Notes: generated by a model not told the origin, from the letters alone. A stretch of 64,000 bases of DNA from Geosiphon pyriformis uo1 (GCA_016748015.1 JAAOMT010000694.1:62001-126000); one strand, 5' to 3'; positions 12,788 through 27,290 are shown, counted from the stretch's first letter. Numbers and translations: made by a program.

Positions 12788-13499
12788 ATATTGCTATCTG
12801 GGATTGAGTGCCAAGTCTTGATAGTATGTTCAAGTAGAAATTTTTTCATGGTTCGTGTAACATATTTTCTTGGAAGTGACGTAGTGCCATGACCACACGC
12901 AAACACATTTCTCATGTCCAACCATTTCTTTGCCTTAATTGCCAACATTATTACGTATTCTTGTTGTTTTATTTGTTAATTTTCAACCCTTTTGGTTCAA
13001 TTTAAACGATGACAGAATTCATGAACGAACGGTATCCAGACTATGATGACAAGTTTTTCTAAAACTAATAGTAGTAGTACTATTCTCGTTAGTAATTTTT
13101 GACTTTGTTACTTCTCTAGCCATTACTACATATTTTCAAGATGTCGATAGCAATCATTTTGCTTAAATTCAGGGGTATTTGTTAAAGTTACTAAATAAAG
13201 GAGTTGGTTAATATTTTTGTTTTTCAAATAAATCTTCCAAATAAGTTTGGTTAAAAAAATATACTGAATAGGCTGTATATAATTCAGCTAAATACATATT
13301 TAAGAATCAGTTTTAAAAGTCTTAGAATTGTTTACTGAAATGATTTTTAACAAGAAAACAAATCAAGCAAAAAAGAAGAAATTATTTCTGTTGTGTACTG
13401 TAAAGTATTTTTTTGATTATTGTAGCAAATATGAATAATTATCTATACAATAAAGAACAAAATAGGTTTGACAACCTTACAAAAAGCATCATTTTTATG

Positions 13500-14100
13500 T
13501 TATGAATCTAATTAACAAGCTAATAAAACAGTTATTAAGAACAATGAAAAATAATTATAAAAATTTTCAATCAAAAAGTAAATTGAATTTGTAAAAAATC
13601 AATATATGCAATTTATTTTAAAATTACTTGATTTTTTTGAAAATTTTGAAAATAAACAAATATTACTTTTTAATTATGTTTTTATTTAATAAATTATAAG
13701 AACAAACAAATAACTTTTTAAATTAATTTTAACAACACAAATAAAGAAAAATAAAAAATAAAAAAATAAAAAAAAGTAATAAAATACAATAAAATTTAAT
13801 AGTTAATTATTTGAATTTTGTATTTAAATTTTGTTATTTAATTGTTTTTTTTATAGTTAAAAAAAGTTTTGCTTATATAATTGTTAAAAAAAATTAATAA
13901 TTAGGTTTAAAATTAATAATATTATCTAAAATAAAATAATTAATACATATAATATTTATAAAAACTATAATTAAAAACTTTTTTCTTTTATCTATCTTAA
14001 TAATTATCAAAGAATTCTAATTCTAATAAAGAAGTTTTTTAGTTTTTTTTTATAATTATTCAAGTTAATATTTCTAAACTATTTCTGTTTAAATATGAAA
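13500..14100. other. Extremely AT-rich low-complexity tract
   Basis: Near absence of C and G, mirrors 7450-8560. Confidence 0.8.
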
Positions 14101-15925
14101 TTATTATTAGTCTTAGTATTATTATAAAAAAACTGCTAAAAATTCTGGTTTTAAAGTTGCTAACAAGAATATTTTTTTTAAAAAAAAATAAAAAAGAGGT
14201 GTTTTAAATAATAATATTGTTAATAAAAATAATTTTAATAAGAAAGTAAATAGAAGTTTTTGGAATTATAAAACTGGTAATATAATTGAATTTAATAGTA
14301 TTAATATGGAAAAAGAGTTTTTAATAAAAAAACCAGTGTAAACTATAATAAAAAAAATGAATTTAATGAAAAAAATTTGAACATGACATTAAAAAATCCT
14401 AGATTAATAACCAAAAAAGCCTTAGACATACTACTTAAGAAGATTAATTTTTTATATGCTAATAATAATGATAATATTTTTTTGATTGCTCTTCTGATTT
14501 TCATTTCATTATTAAAAAATCTGGTTAATGTGTTTGTTAAAAAGTCTTTTATTTTGGATATTGGTTTGAATAAAATTACTAAAAAATTATCTTAAAAAAA
14601 ACTTGTGGTAATAAAAAAATTGTTCTTAAAAATCAATGGTTTTAAGAAAACTTCTATCTTTTTAAAATTTGTTGGCATTATTAGAGCAAAATTCACTTCT
14701 GAATCAAGCTTAACACAGACAATAGATTTGGCAAAGACTGGGAATATTGTAATAAATACTAATTTCAAAAAATTTGCAATGCATTTAGATTGGGCTGTAA
14801 TAGTTAAAAAATGTCTGTGAAAACTTCTGTGGAGACTATATATACTGTACTTTCTAGATTTAAAATAATTAAGTCGATTAAAATACAATTAATAAGACTG
14901 TGACAAAAAACTATTGTTAAATTTGAATAATTTAATTATGTTAATTTAGTTATAGTAAAGTAGTTTATTTTAATTGAAAAAAATACTGTATAAATTATTA
15001 GAACAAATAGAGACAAAGAATTATGAGATACAAAAGACAATAATAAGGCACTACTTTATATACTACTAATAAAAACAAATACTTATAATATCTGGAATTT
15101 CATTGGGTTAATTAATAAAAAAATGTGTATTATTAATTATTATTCAGTTATATATGCTTAAGCCAAATGTGTGGTTATTTGTTTTAAATCTGTTAAGTTA
15201 TTAGATATTATTATAAGAATTATGCTAATATTAAAGAATACCAATTTACACTAATTTTGTTTAAGCTTTGTTAAATATACAAAGTATGGGAATTTGGGTT
15301 ATATATTATTAAGTTATACTATAAATAGAAATGTTTTTTTTTGATAATTTATCTTATAGAATTTTGTCAGAAGCATATAAAAACAGATTAGTTACCATCT
15401 ATGCCAAACATTTAGTATTTGTTACTTATTTTGTCTTTTTTAATAGTGTTTTTTAGGCTAAAGTTGTTGAAAGTTTTTCTTTTTTCTCTTTTTCTGTGTT
15501 AAATTGTTTAATAAATTTTGAAAATAAAGCCTTTTTTGCTTATGTTAAATAAATTAAAAATTAAGTTTGTTGCTTTTAAACATAGTCTTACTAGTTTTAT
15601 AAAGCAAGTTAATAAGCTGGCTAAGAAATTGAACACACTTAGACCAATAGTTTTTTAGTCTAGTTCTGCATGTTAATTATTGGTGCTTTTTTTATCACAA
15701 AATCAAGAGGCAAATATAGTAATAAATAAAAGTTTGAGTGCAACTACTAATAATAAAATTATTGTAGAAACAGTATTTTTGAATTTGTCAATAGTTTTTA
15801 AGTTAGAAAACAGTATAATAAGTTTTTTGAATATGATCTTAGATTTTTTGGCCAAAGTAGACAATTTTAGTTTGGGTTCAGAATTTCATTTATCTAAATA
15901 ATTAATCTAGTTTGGGAAATTGCTA
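14090..15925 (+). mobile_element. Degenerate LINE ORF1 and first codons of ORF2
   Basis: KKSFILDIGL, KFVGIIRAKFTSESSL, ALLYILL motifs; LVWEIA-like ORF2 start at about 15905-15920, then an abrupt switch. Confidence 0.55.
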
Positions 15926-18110
15926 AGAAAAAAGAAAGAAATACCAAAAAAATTACTAACAATATCAAATTGGCAAAGCTATATGTTAAAAAAATGTTCC
16001 AAAAGAAATTATCAAGGTCTTTGGTAGAAGATTATATGCCAAAATGGCTGTACTCAGACTGCTTCATAATTTGAACAACACAAATTTAAACAAATTTCAA
16101 AGACTTAGTCCACAAATAAACAATAAAAAAGACCAACCAAAAAAAAGAGTCAACCAACTATAAAAGGCTGAAATTAATGAATTAAAACAGCAAGTTGATA
16201 AAATGGCCAAACTGCTGAATGCAGTAACTGCCAAACTTAAAGTAACAATAGAAAAAAAAACATAATAGTTGTTCAACAGCAAAGTCACATTTCAGAGGAA
16301 AAGAGAAAGATAGAAAATAAATTGCTAAACCAAAGTATTATATCTAAGTCTAATTTAACAAAAAAAAAGGAGGCATACAACCCAGAAATAGAAATCAAGA
16401 AAATTAAAAAATTATTGGAACCTATTTTAGAATTACTAAAGCAAATGAAAAAACAAGGTAGCTAAAACAGTCCTACTGTTGAAGAACCTAAGTCTATGGA
16501 AACAGATAATGTGTAGCATATCTGATTTTAATACAAAACAGAACTACCCCAATAACAATACTTAGAAGACTTAATAGTCTTAGTAAAGCTAAAAAGATGC
16601 TACATTGATGTATTAAAGAACAATTTAACTTTGTAATTATCACAGAAACTAAACTGATTCTACCCAAAAAAAAAGATGTATTCTTTGGCTTTGATTAATA
16701 TCATGTCTTTTAGGAGTCAAGTACTAAAAAACAAATAAGAATTGGGATTGGTATACTAATCAAAAAATGTTGAATGCACCATATAAAAACAATCAGAAAA
16801 TATTATGAAAGACTGTTATATTTGGTGTTAAAATTTAGAGATAGAATTAGTGTGCATATAGTTGGATTGTACATGTCTGCTTCCAAATTGGCTACTAAAA
16901 AAGCAGTAGCTAAAGAAATCAGAAAACTTTTGGGAGACATTGTGCAAAACAAAAAAATAATTATAGTAACAGACAATTTAAATAAAAATCGGACATCTAA
17001 ATTACTTGAAAAAACATTTGTTACAAATAAAGTCAAAGCTTGTCTTACTGCTATAACATTACAACATATAAATTTGGTAAATACACATGGAGTATATGCA
17101 ATAAACAATTCAGAAAAGACATGGACATTAAATAGAGTACAAAAACGATTAGACTATGTGTTTACTGATGCAGTTACAATCTTACTAGTCATAAATCTTA
17201 AGGTAATTAATGTTAATAAATTATTTAGTACTGATCACAAAGCAGTAATAACAATTATCCAATCTGACAGGATCTTAACAGACACTAAAAAATCAAGATC
17301 TGAAAGAAAGAAGAGTAGCACAACTATGATTGATGTTAAAAAAACATTTAGAATACAATAGAAGATCTATGCAAAAGAAACTGATTGATTAACAAATGAA
17401 GCACAAAAAAAATCAATAGATAACAGCAATAATAATCTAAATCAGATGTGGCTTACAATCAAGAAAACTGTGTTACAAGCTGTTAATTGTTTACCAAAAA
17501 AAAAGTAAGAGCTTGATTTGTATACACAAAAAAAGAATGCATGGATTACAAGCTTGTTAAGATTATAACTGATATAATTAAACAAATAAGAATAAACAAT
17601 GCAGATATACATGATAACAATATTATGTAATTGTTGGTTAAATGAAAACAGTTAAAACCTGAAGCAGTAAATACATATCTGATAACTTTCTTAAAAGATA
17701 AACTTATTACAGAATTATTTAGCATTAAAAAAAAATACAGATTAATACTGTGCACTAGGATTAAATTACAACAGCAGAGACAGATAATGAACAATATTAT
17801 CAGAAAACTACAAAACTTTGAACTAAACAAAAGAACAATAATCAAAAGCATTCTGAACAGAAAAAAACAAAGAATAATACTAGACCATATCATTGAAGAA
17901 GGTGAATTTTATAATGATCCTAATAAAATCAAAAAGCTAGTAAACAAAAAAGCTCAAGATTGGACTAGAACAAAAATTCTTAAATCTAAACTATAGAAAA
18001 GTTGAGAATACAGGTTTAAGCCAATTGAAAGTATTCCAGACCATGCTTTTAATAGTGTAATAACTAAGAATAAATTATGGAATAAATATTGCAAATTACA
18101 AACTGAATAA
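15925..18110 (+). mobile_element. Second LINE fragment: ORF1 end, AP-endonuclease and linker; stops before RT
   Basis: APE motifs IITETKL, GIGILI, GLYMS, decayed GDLN, TWT..RLDYVF, STDHKAV (about 16630-17250); IIKSILNR..IILDHII linker. Confidence 0.85.
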
Positions 18111-18589
18111 GAAAAATCAGTAGATATTGATAACAAAATTAAAAAAATCCCATTGAGTGTGTTTAACATACATAAAATATTAAGGAATAGTGGTAATAAT
18201 AATAACAAATTCAAAATTAAGATGAGTAATAGAGTTATATGGTATAATAAAATACTGGTTGATGTTTTTTGTAGTAAAATTACTTTATGTAATAATATAA
18301 TACTTCATATATTTTCTGGTTATATTAGTATGTAATTAGACATAACCATTTTGTAATTAGCCATATCTTGTAATTTAGATTATTAAGTGAGTTGGCTTTA
18401 TGAAAAAGCCATGCTTTTTGAATATGGCTAAATTAATAAAAGACCAATATGGCTACATATTAACAAAAAAAAAAAAACAGTTGTAATACTTTTATTTTCC
18501 ATTATGATTGGAAAAACAATTAAAAAAATTTTACTCATTGACAAAAACTTGTTATATAAAAAGCAATTAGAACTCTATAGTTACCTTGA

Positions 18590-19240
18590 TGAAATTATAA
18601 AGAATATGAAACTTATAAAGAAAACAACTTCAAAGATACAGGCAGAAATTTTGGACATTATATAGTTAAATGTCTCAAGAGTTTTAACTATTGCTAAAAG
18701 AACCAAAAATCTAATATAAAGATTTGGTTTTTTTAATACAAAACTTATTTCATCTTAAATATTATATACTTTATCTATTAAAGACTTTAATAAACTAGTT
18801 AGCTTTGAATTAGACAAAACTCTTCAATTAAATTATCTCATAAATAGCTTGATTTTACCAGAGCTCAATCTCTTTGAAAAAAATAATGTTATGATTGAAA
18901 CTTATACTTTTTATTAGTTATTACATGTATTAGCCATTAATGTCATATAATTAGCCATTTTATTTTTAAATAGTGATTATTGACTTGATCAATAATCTAA
19001 TTGTTGATCTGATTAATGATCTAATTATTAACTTAGTTGTTAACTTAATCATTGACCACTTTAGATAGCTATATAAACAATAAATTTTTTAGCTATAGAA
19101 ATATATGTTAAAAATCAAGAAAATCAATTAAATAAAATAACAACTTTTATCTTAATCCTTTTTTTATTGCTAATTTTTCTTTTCCTATCTTTAAGTATTT
19201 AAACATCTTGAGATAAAAAATTACTTGTTGGTTATTTCCT
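18590..19240. repeat. Direct repeat copy 1 (~0.63 kb)
   Basis: Aligns by eye with 19630-20250; contains a degenerate 12-bp tandem array at about 18975-19060. Confidence 0.85.
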
Positions 19241-19629
19241 ATCTTTTTTCTAAAACATGTAATTGTAGCATTTAAAAATTATTGAATAAAACATGACTGA
19301 AAAGTACATTTAATATCTAATATTGAATTCTAAGAATGCTAATGTAAGACATAGAATTATACCAGTATGTAATCATTTATTGACAATATGAACTATTTTT
19401 CTACCTTCAGATTTCTTAGTTATCTTTTGAAAAGTATAGTAACTGAGATATTTTATAAGACTGATCTCACACATTGAATTTATACTTATTCAATTCATTT
19501 TTTAAAGTTGAATTCTCTTTGATTCCTTTCATCACTCTACAATTTTGTTTTTCTTTGCTATCTATTAACTTATTACTTCAACCTATAACAATATAAAAGA
19601 CAATTAAAACTCTATTATTACTTTAGTAA

Positions 19630-20250
19630 AATCATAGAAGACATAAAGCTCATAAAGAAACAACTTCAGAGATACAGATAAAAATTTTGGTCATTATATG
19701 GTTAAATATTCCAAGAGTTTTGACTATTGTTAAAAAAGCCAAAACTCTTATACAAAGATTTGGTCTCTTAGATACAAAACTCATTTTGCCACAGATATTA
19801 TATATCTTATTCACAAAAGACTTCAATAAACTAGTAAGTTTTAAACTAAACAAAACTCTTTAAATAAATTATCTCATAAATAGCTTAATTTTGTCAGAGC
19901 TCAATTTCTTTGGAAAAAATAATGTTATGGTTGAAACCCATACTTTTTATTAGTTATTATATGTATTAGCTACTGATGTTATATAATTAGCCATTTTATT
20001 TTAAATAGTGATTATTGATCTGATCATTAACTTAATTATTAACTTAATTATTGATCTAATCATTGACCTGATTATTGACCACTTTTAATAGCTATATAAG
20101 TAATGAGTCTTTTAACTATAGAAAGACATAATCAAAGTAATAAAATAAAACTCATTATCAATTACTTTATCTCATATTGCTTATTTCTTTTTCTTTACCT
20201 TCAAGTATTTGAACATCTTGAGATAAAAAATTACTTGTTAATATTTACAT
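19630..20250. repeat. Direct repeat copy 2 (~0.62 kb)
   Basis: Shared AACAACTTCA.AGATACAG near the start and AACATCTTGAGATAAAAAATTACTTGTT at the end. Confidence 0.85.
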
Positions 20251-20297
20251 ATCTTATCTTTTTTTCTTCTTGATTTGTATTATTAAAATTAGTCTAA

Positions 20298-21226
20298 TGT
20301 TACTTAAATAGAAAAACCAATCTAAAGTTATAAAAAAAATGTAATTAAAAACATGATAACATAAAATAGCATAGGGTAATGCAAAAAAACACAGAATAAT
20401 ACATAATAACTTAGAATAATTAGTAATAATGTAGAAAAACAAAACAATAAAAGAAATAGCAAAGCAATAACTAGCAAAAACAAAACAATTAAAAAGCAAT
20501 TCTGTAGAACCAAAAAGAATGTATAAAAACAAGTAGTTGTAAAAGTTAGAAAGACATCCAAACAAGAATCAATTTTTTTCTTTTTTATAATTATTATATC
20601 TTACACAAATAAAAAACTTATTTAAAAACCACAAAATTATTGATATATGATCATCAATTATTTTGTGTTTAAATCAAATTAATCTTTGTTTCATACTTTT
20701 GTTTCAAGACAGATGCTCTTAGCATAAATGTCTTAAATCTTTAATGACTTGAACCAATTACTCTTGATCACAATGATTGACAATACTAATTCATCATCTT
20801 TTTTTTATTTTTTTTTTATTTTTTTTTGTAAAACAACAACATAAAAAAATTGACTGTTTGAGAATAAACTTTGTAATAGTCTGGTAAAAGAGAGAAACTC
20901 CTCCTAAGTTTAAATATTAACATTATCTTAATAACTTACCAAAAGGACAAAAAAACATCATCAGACCCTAATGACTACACTTATTAACTTGGAAAAAATA
21001 GCTTACATTCACATACAAAATGTTACAACACTACAAAACATCTTTTTATGTTTTATAACCAAAGAACTTCATAGGTAAATTTATAACAATCAAACAAATC
21101 TTCAGAGACTAATAATATTGACACAACAAACCAGCCTACCAAAAGAAAACTCTCAAAAGCTCTTTAAAAACCCAAATTTTAAGCACCAAATATTACTATC
21201 ATATCCCACCAAGTTTACCCATAATA
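20298..21226 (+). repeat. Probable 5' LTR of C (~929 bp)
   Basis: Starts TGTTAC, ends ATAATA (decayed GTAACA) directly before PBS TTTGGTGCTT; partner LTR not in window, so the left end is less certain. Confidence 0.65.
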
Positions 21227-22181
21227 TTTGGTGCTTTTTGTAAGGTTATAAAAATCCACAGAGATAGAGCATTCCAGAAATTCACAAAAGTGACAACTTT
21301 TGAGATAGTAAGAAAAGATCATTTACCATATAAAAAAGCATTATTTTAATACTTTAGGCAAAATTTGAGAATACAACTTGAAGCTATCACTGCTGAAAAA
21401 AATTTTTGTCAATATCTACATGCAAAAATTGACTGTCTGTTAGGCTGAACAACAAACACAGAAAGAATTGGAGAACACCAAAAATTATTAACATACTTAA
21501 CAGAAATCATTACTCAAGTCATAACTGAAACTTTTCATATAATTAACAGAAAAATTAAAAAATACATAGCAAAATAGTATCCTTAAGAAAAAAGAAGACA
21601 ATTAGCAAAGCCCAACTTCATAGAATCCAAGTTTGAATCTGATAATACAACAACTGCATAAAAACAAGTCTGACTCATAGTTAATAAAAAGTCAAGATTT
21701 CTTTCATTAACTATTTTGTTATACTATCAGACACCAGAAAGTAGAATTCTATTCAACTAACTCATGAAAACACAAACAAAAACTCCAAAAACTCTTAAAA
21801 CTCTGTACTTCTAGGGTCATAATAATAATCTTTAGACAAAATCTCTGAAAAATATGAATTATTATTTAAGAATCTTACTCCAACAGCCAGCCAACCTGAT
21901 AAAAGCATATTCTCTTAGATATTACCACTAGCACAGCCTCTAATAAAGTTAGCAACCACTCCTACAGAAAAAACAACTATCTTGTTACCTATTAGTCCCA
22001 ACAAAAGAAAACAATCAGCATTAATATTTGGAAAACAATATAGTATCCTATCATCAATTCTCTTAGTCTCAATCAATAAACTATTTCTAATTAATCAAAA
22101 CATGGCTTACCAAAATATTGTTAGACTTGAGAAATTTTCTGGAAAAAAAAATAATACATATTCTTGGATTGTGGAAGCTGA

Positions 22182-23013
22182 TGTTACAGGTGATTATTTG
22201 GGGTCTCAAATTAAATAACAAAACCCATAACTTGGTGCTCAAAAGCTTATTTGCAATGATATGGATTTGAAGGTATTGTTATCTAAAGGTTTTGGTTAAG
22301 TCTTTTGTATAATGAACAGAGATGTAATAGTTGTTTATCCATAGCTTCCCAGAATCACAATTCTGTCAATTTCTTTCTTCAGCTTAATGGTCAGCAATTT
22401 TTTGGTAAGTAATCTGTATTCTTTACATGCTCTACTCATTCACAGAGATCTTTTACCAGGCAATTCTTAATGTCAATAATTCAGTGCTTAATCCTTAATC
22501 AATTAATAATCCAAAGAAATAACAAAAAAAATAAAAAAAATAAGCCAAGGCAATTTGCATGTTAGTATCTTATTAATAGCCATGATCAAAAGCTATTGTT
22601 TTAGTGGTATTTTAAGTATTAATTACTATTAACATGAAGTGTTAATAGTAATAGTAGATTAAGATAGCAAATAATTATTTATTTGATATTTGTGATGTGG
22701 AATGTTGTTTAGATCAAATTTAAACTGAAAGGTCTGTTTTTTCTATTTCTAACTCTACCACTATATATACATAATTGAGATTCTTCAATTTCTTAATTCT
22801 TCACACCAAAAATCCTGGAATTTCTGGAATCCTGCAATTCTTTTGAGAGGAATTCTGGAATTCTGAAATCCTGTGATTTCTTGTACGAGAATCCTAAAAT
22901 TCTTGGAATTTTGCAATTCCTCTAAAAAGAATCCTAGAATTCTACATTTACTATGATTACTTCTGATTGGCTAATTTATATGCTAATATACTTCCTATAT
23001 TCTATGAGTAACA
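22182..23013 (-). repeat. 3' LTR of B2 (832 bp)
   Basis: TGTTAC...GTAACA; pairs with 31323-32171. Confidence 0.95.
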
Positions 23014-23575
23014 TTATTTTTTTCTTTTAATATTGAGCTTTATTGAGATCTCCTAATTCTAATTCTCTATCTTTGAGTATTTTTTGAACTTTTTTTTCAA
23101 GAATTACTTGTGCTATTTTGTTCTATAATTCTTCAAATTAAGCATTGGTTATTTTTCTCATTTGGTTAATAATAATGAAATTTATTTCTGGATTGAGTAA
23201 GATTTCTGGTCGATCTTGAAATCCAGTATATAGCTGATAAATGGTTCTTGCTTGTGTAGTCAAATTGTTCTTTCTCACAAATTGTTCTAGTTGTTGCAGT
23301 ATTGTCCCAAATAAAAGTAACAAAAGTTTCTTGAAAATTGTTGTATCCACCAATTCCAAATTTCTATAGTCATTTCTTGATATTGGGTAACTTTTGGTTG
23401 TGTTTCTATTGCCAATTTCACTTTTGTGATTATTTTGTCAACAGTGTTTCTGTTTTTCTCTGTATTTTATCTTGTGGTTTTTTTCTGGTGTTTGTGTATC
23501 TGATAGTTTGTTGGTTGATTGTAATTTCTATTTTTTGTTGTTGGATTAGTTGGAAGAGTTGTTGTGTTAGTAAGT
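23014..23575 (-). pseudogene. ORF3 of B2
   Basis: QARTIYQLY...INQMRKITNA aligns with family A LRTVSRLYNLF...IQYIGKLT; same position before the 3' LTR. Confidence 0.6.
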
Positions 23576-23655
23576 AAATACTATCAATAATCTTCATTTT
23601 CTGCTGTCTTTTGTCATGTATATTATGTCTTTATATACTCCTTGGTTGTTCAATT

Positions 23656-25032
23656 TTACATGTTTGGTTCAATGATTATAATTGGTTCTAGATCTTGTGG
23701 AATCTTATTTGGTTTGACTAGTATTCTCTGTACTCCTAATTGTGAAATATTACTGATCAATAATAATATTGTACTGTGGTATTGTTTCAGTTAATCTCTA
23801 TGTGCTGCTTTGGTTAAAATTTTGTTGTTCAATCTTAATTTATAAGCTCTATTTCCAAGAATTTTTTCTATGTGAAATGGTCTATTCTATTTGGGGTCAA
23901 ATTTTCCACTCCATTGTTTTTCTATTTTGGTATGATGTAAAAGTACTTTGTCTCCAATTTTGAATTCAACTAGTTTTTCTGATAGTTGGTTATTGTGTCT
24001 TTTTTTTTGTTTTTTTTGTTTTTTTTGTATATTATTAGCTGCTCTTCATCATGTGTTTTTTAGTGTCTTTATTAAGTTATATGTTCTTCTTAACAATGTT
24101 TTTTGGAAATTTTTCTCTGTTATTGGTTCTGTTTAATATGTTTTGACTTCTATCTTAACTGGTAATGTTGCTGTTCTACCATATATTAATTTAAATAATG
24201 TTGCTTGTATAGTGTTTTGTTTCATTGTCCAATAAGCAAATAATACTGATGATATAATTAAATCTTATTTATTCTGGTTTTTTTGGCTGATTTTGGCTAT
24301 TGCTTCACACAATGTTCTATTGAATCTTTTAACTAATCTATTGGTTTGTAGATAGAATAGTGATAATAGTGGTCTTTTGATTCCAAATCTTTGACTTAAT
24401 TCTGCTAATGTTTTATTCACAAAGTGGGTTTTTTGATCTGATAATAGTTCTTTTGAGCATCCATATTGACATATCAAATCTTGATGAATGAATTCGGCAA
24501 CAAATTCTGCATCTGCTCTTTGAATGGCTTTTGCTTCTGGCCATTTAGTGAGATAATCCATGGCTACTGCAATATATCTATTGTCTCTGCTGGTTATTGT
24601 TAATGGTTCGACTAAATCAATTCCAATGTGATCAAATGGCTGTCCTACTTTAATTGGTCTTAACAGTTTGCTGGGTTTTGTTTCATCTCTTCTTTGACAA
24701 GCATCACAATTTTGAACATATTAGATGATGTCTGGATACATAGATGACCAGTAGTATCTTTTTCTAGTTTTTTCTATGATTGTTTCTTTATGAAAATGTC
24801 TTGTTGTTGGATCTGAGTGCATGTTGAATAGTATTGTTTCTTTCTTTGGTTCTGTGATTACTCTGGTTGGTTGATCTGAATTTCTTTTGTTCTTCTGGTA
24901 AAGTATATTTTGGTAATTAATAAAATATTTTAATTGTTGTTTTATGTTGTTTTGTTCCTTTTGAGATAATTTCTCCTTGAACAATTGGGTATTTATATAA
25001 TATTAGAGTTGTTGGTATTTTTGTATATTCAT
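23656..25032 (-). pseudogene. Integrase of B2
   Basis: HSDPTTRH..CDAC, DYLTKWPEA, LSDQKTHF, tail IPQDLEPIIIIE. Confidence 0.92.
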
Positions 25033-25074
25033 GTTTTGTTATATTTTTGGGTTGAAATGTTTTTAAATTTGTCT

Positions 25075-26350
25075 TATTCATGACAAACTGTCAGCATTTC
25101 TATTGTTTTTTCTCTTTTTATAATGTACTATAAATATATATGGTAATAGTGCTATTTTCTATCTTGCATAGTGATCATCTCCAAATTCTTGCTTCTGGAT
25201 TGAAGTCAATCCTTTGTGATTAGTGTACACATCAAACTTTTAACTCAAGTATTCTTTCCATTTGGTAACAGCCCAATAGATAACTAAGTGTTCCAGTGCT
25301 GGGGTTCCATAGTTTTTTTTAGCTGGACTTAAGCTTCTACTGGTATAAGCTACTGGGTGTTTTCTTTTATCTGGTCTTTTTTGTGATAGTACTGTTCCTA
25401 ATGCTTGGCCTGATGTATCAGTGGTGATGATGAATAGTTTGCTGTAATCTGAATACATCAACACTAGAGCTTGGATAAGTTTTCTTCTTAATATGTCAAA
25501 AGCTTTTTGCTGAGCTTCTGTCCATTTGTACTTCACATTTTTGGTTTGTAGATAATAGAGTGGCTGGGCCAGTTTAGAAAAGTTCTTGATAAAGTGGCAG
25601 TAATAGCCTGCGAACCCCAAAAATGCTCTAAGTTCTATCAAGTTGGTTGGTACTGAAAAGTTCTTTACTATTGCAATCTTGTCTGGATCCATTTTAATAC
25701 TATCTTTGCTTATAACATGTCCCAAAAACTTGAGTTCTGTTTTTCCAAAGAAACATTTGTTTGCATTCAACTTTAATTCTGCTCTTCTCAATCTTTCAAA
25801 CACTTGTTGAAGATAATATAGATGGTTATTAAATGTTTTGAAGAACACATTTGTGTTATCTAAGTAAACAATTATGGATTTCCACAGTAGTTCAGTATAG
25901 ACAATTTTCATGAGCCATTGAAATGTTGCTGGAGCATTCATTAAGCCAAATGGCATCACTTCAAATTCAAAATTTCCTTCTCATATTATAAAAGCCATTT
26001 TTTCTTTGTCTTCTGGTTTTATGGCTACTTGCCAGTAACTATTGTCTAAATCCAAAGTTGAGAATCATTTCTTTCCTCCAAAAGCATCAAACAGCTTTTG
26101 GATTTTTGGCGTTGGATAGTTATCTCCTTTGGTTACTCTATTCAGTTTCCAGTAATCCACACAAAAGCAGATTTTTCTATTCTTTTTATAGACTAGTATC
26201 ACTGGTAATGACCATAGGCTCATTAATGGCTGAATTAGCTCGTTGTTAAGCATCTGATTGATTTCTTAATGAATGATTTCATGGCTGGCTGGTGGTATTC
26301 TGTGTGCTTTTTGTTTAATTGGCATTGCATCTTTAGTCTTGATCTGGTGC
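25075..26350 (-). pseudogene. Reverse transcriptase and RNase H of B2
   Basis: CVDYWKLN, MPFGLMNAPATFQ, VYLDN, FLGH, TDTSG..G.VLSQ, NYGTPALE. Confidence 0.95.
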
Positions 26351-26889
26351 TAGATTATATCAGTTTTACCAAATTTGTTTTTATTGGCAAAGATGTTATT
26401 GAAATTGTTGAGTAACATCTTGAGTTGCATCTGTTGAAGTGGGTCTAAGTTTCCCAAGTTTATCTGTTCCAATTGTTTTGGTTGGAGTAAATAACATTCT
26501 TCTTGTCTGTATATTGTTTGAGATATGATATCTACATATTCACACAGTTGTGGAAAGTCTGATATAGCATCTGGCAGTTGGTCTTTAATTTTGGTGGTTA
26601 AGTATCCAATAATGATTTCTTCTGGTATCTTGATGACATTTCTCATATTGTTGTAAATAGAGATTTTAATGTAACTGTGGTTCTTGGCTGATATGTGTAA
26701 ATTGACTAATTCAGTTTTTCTTGATTTACAAAGTGTTACTTCTGTCTTAAAAATCTGAATCTGATCTTTTACTTTTCTTTCTATGATTACTATGTACTGG
26801 TCATATAGTGGAATGAAAATTGGTTGATGGGTGGAGATAATTTTTTCCTTGTCAATAATTTCTTTCTCTGCCATATTAATTGGTACATC

Positions 26890-27290
26890 TATTCTATCTA
26901 TTGATTTGAATTCCTGTATTCTTATAGCTGTAATCTTTAATTCTTCTCTGTTTTCTACTGATACTAGTTGAGTTATTTTAACCAGAAGTAGGAATATTGT
27001 CTGTGTTATTTTTTCATTTGGCTCTAAGATATAGACCTTTTCTAAGTTATTTTGTAACATAGCAATAATATTTTCTATATATTCTGTATCAATTATCCCT
27101 TTTCTGATGTTGATTCTCTGTTTTGCTAGACTACTTCTAGATGCTAGTTGAACCATAATTGTTGTTAGAATTTCCAGCGCTACTTTGAGATCAATACAGG
27201 TGCATAAATGTGGTTCCAATTTGATGGCATTTTTTTCAGAATATCTTAGATCAAACTCAACATCAGTATCATGTACGTGTTCTGGCATAA
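26890..27290 (-). pseudogene. dUTPase domain of B2 pol
   Basis: DVEFDLRY, SRSSLA, GIIDTEY, EKITQ, decayed RG..GFGS motif. Confidence 0.88.

Noticed and set aside
20254-20565. Phe/Leu-rich membrane-protein-like ORFs
   Set aside because: Arise from the A-rich strand of the C LTR; compositional artefact.
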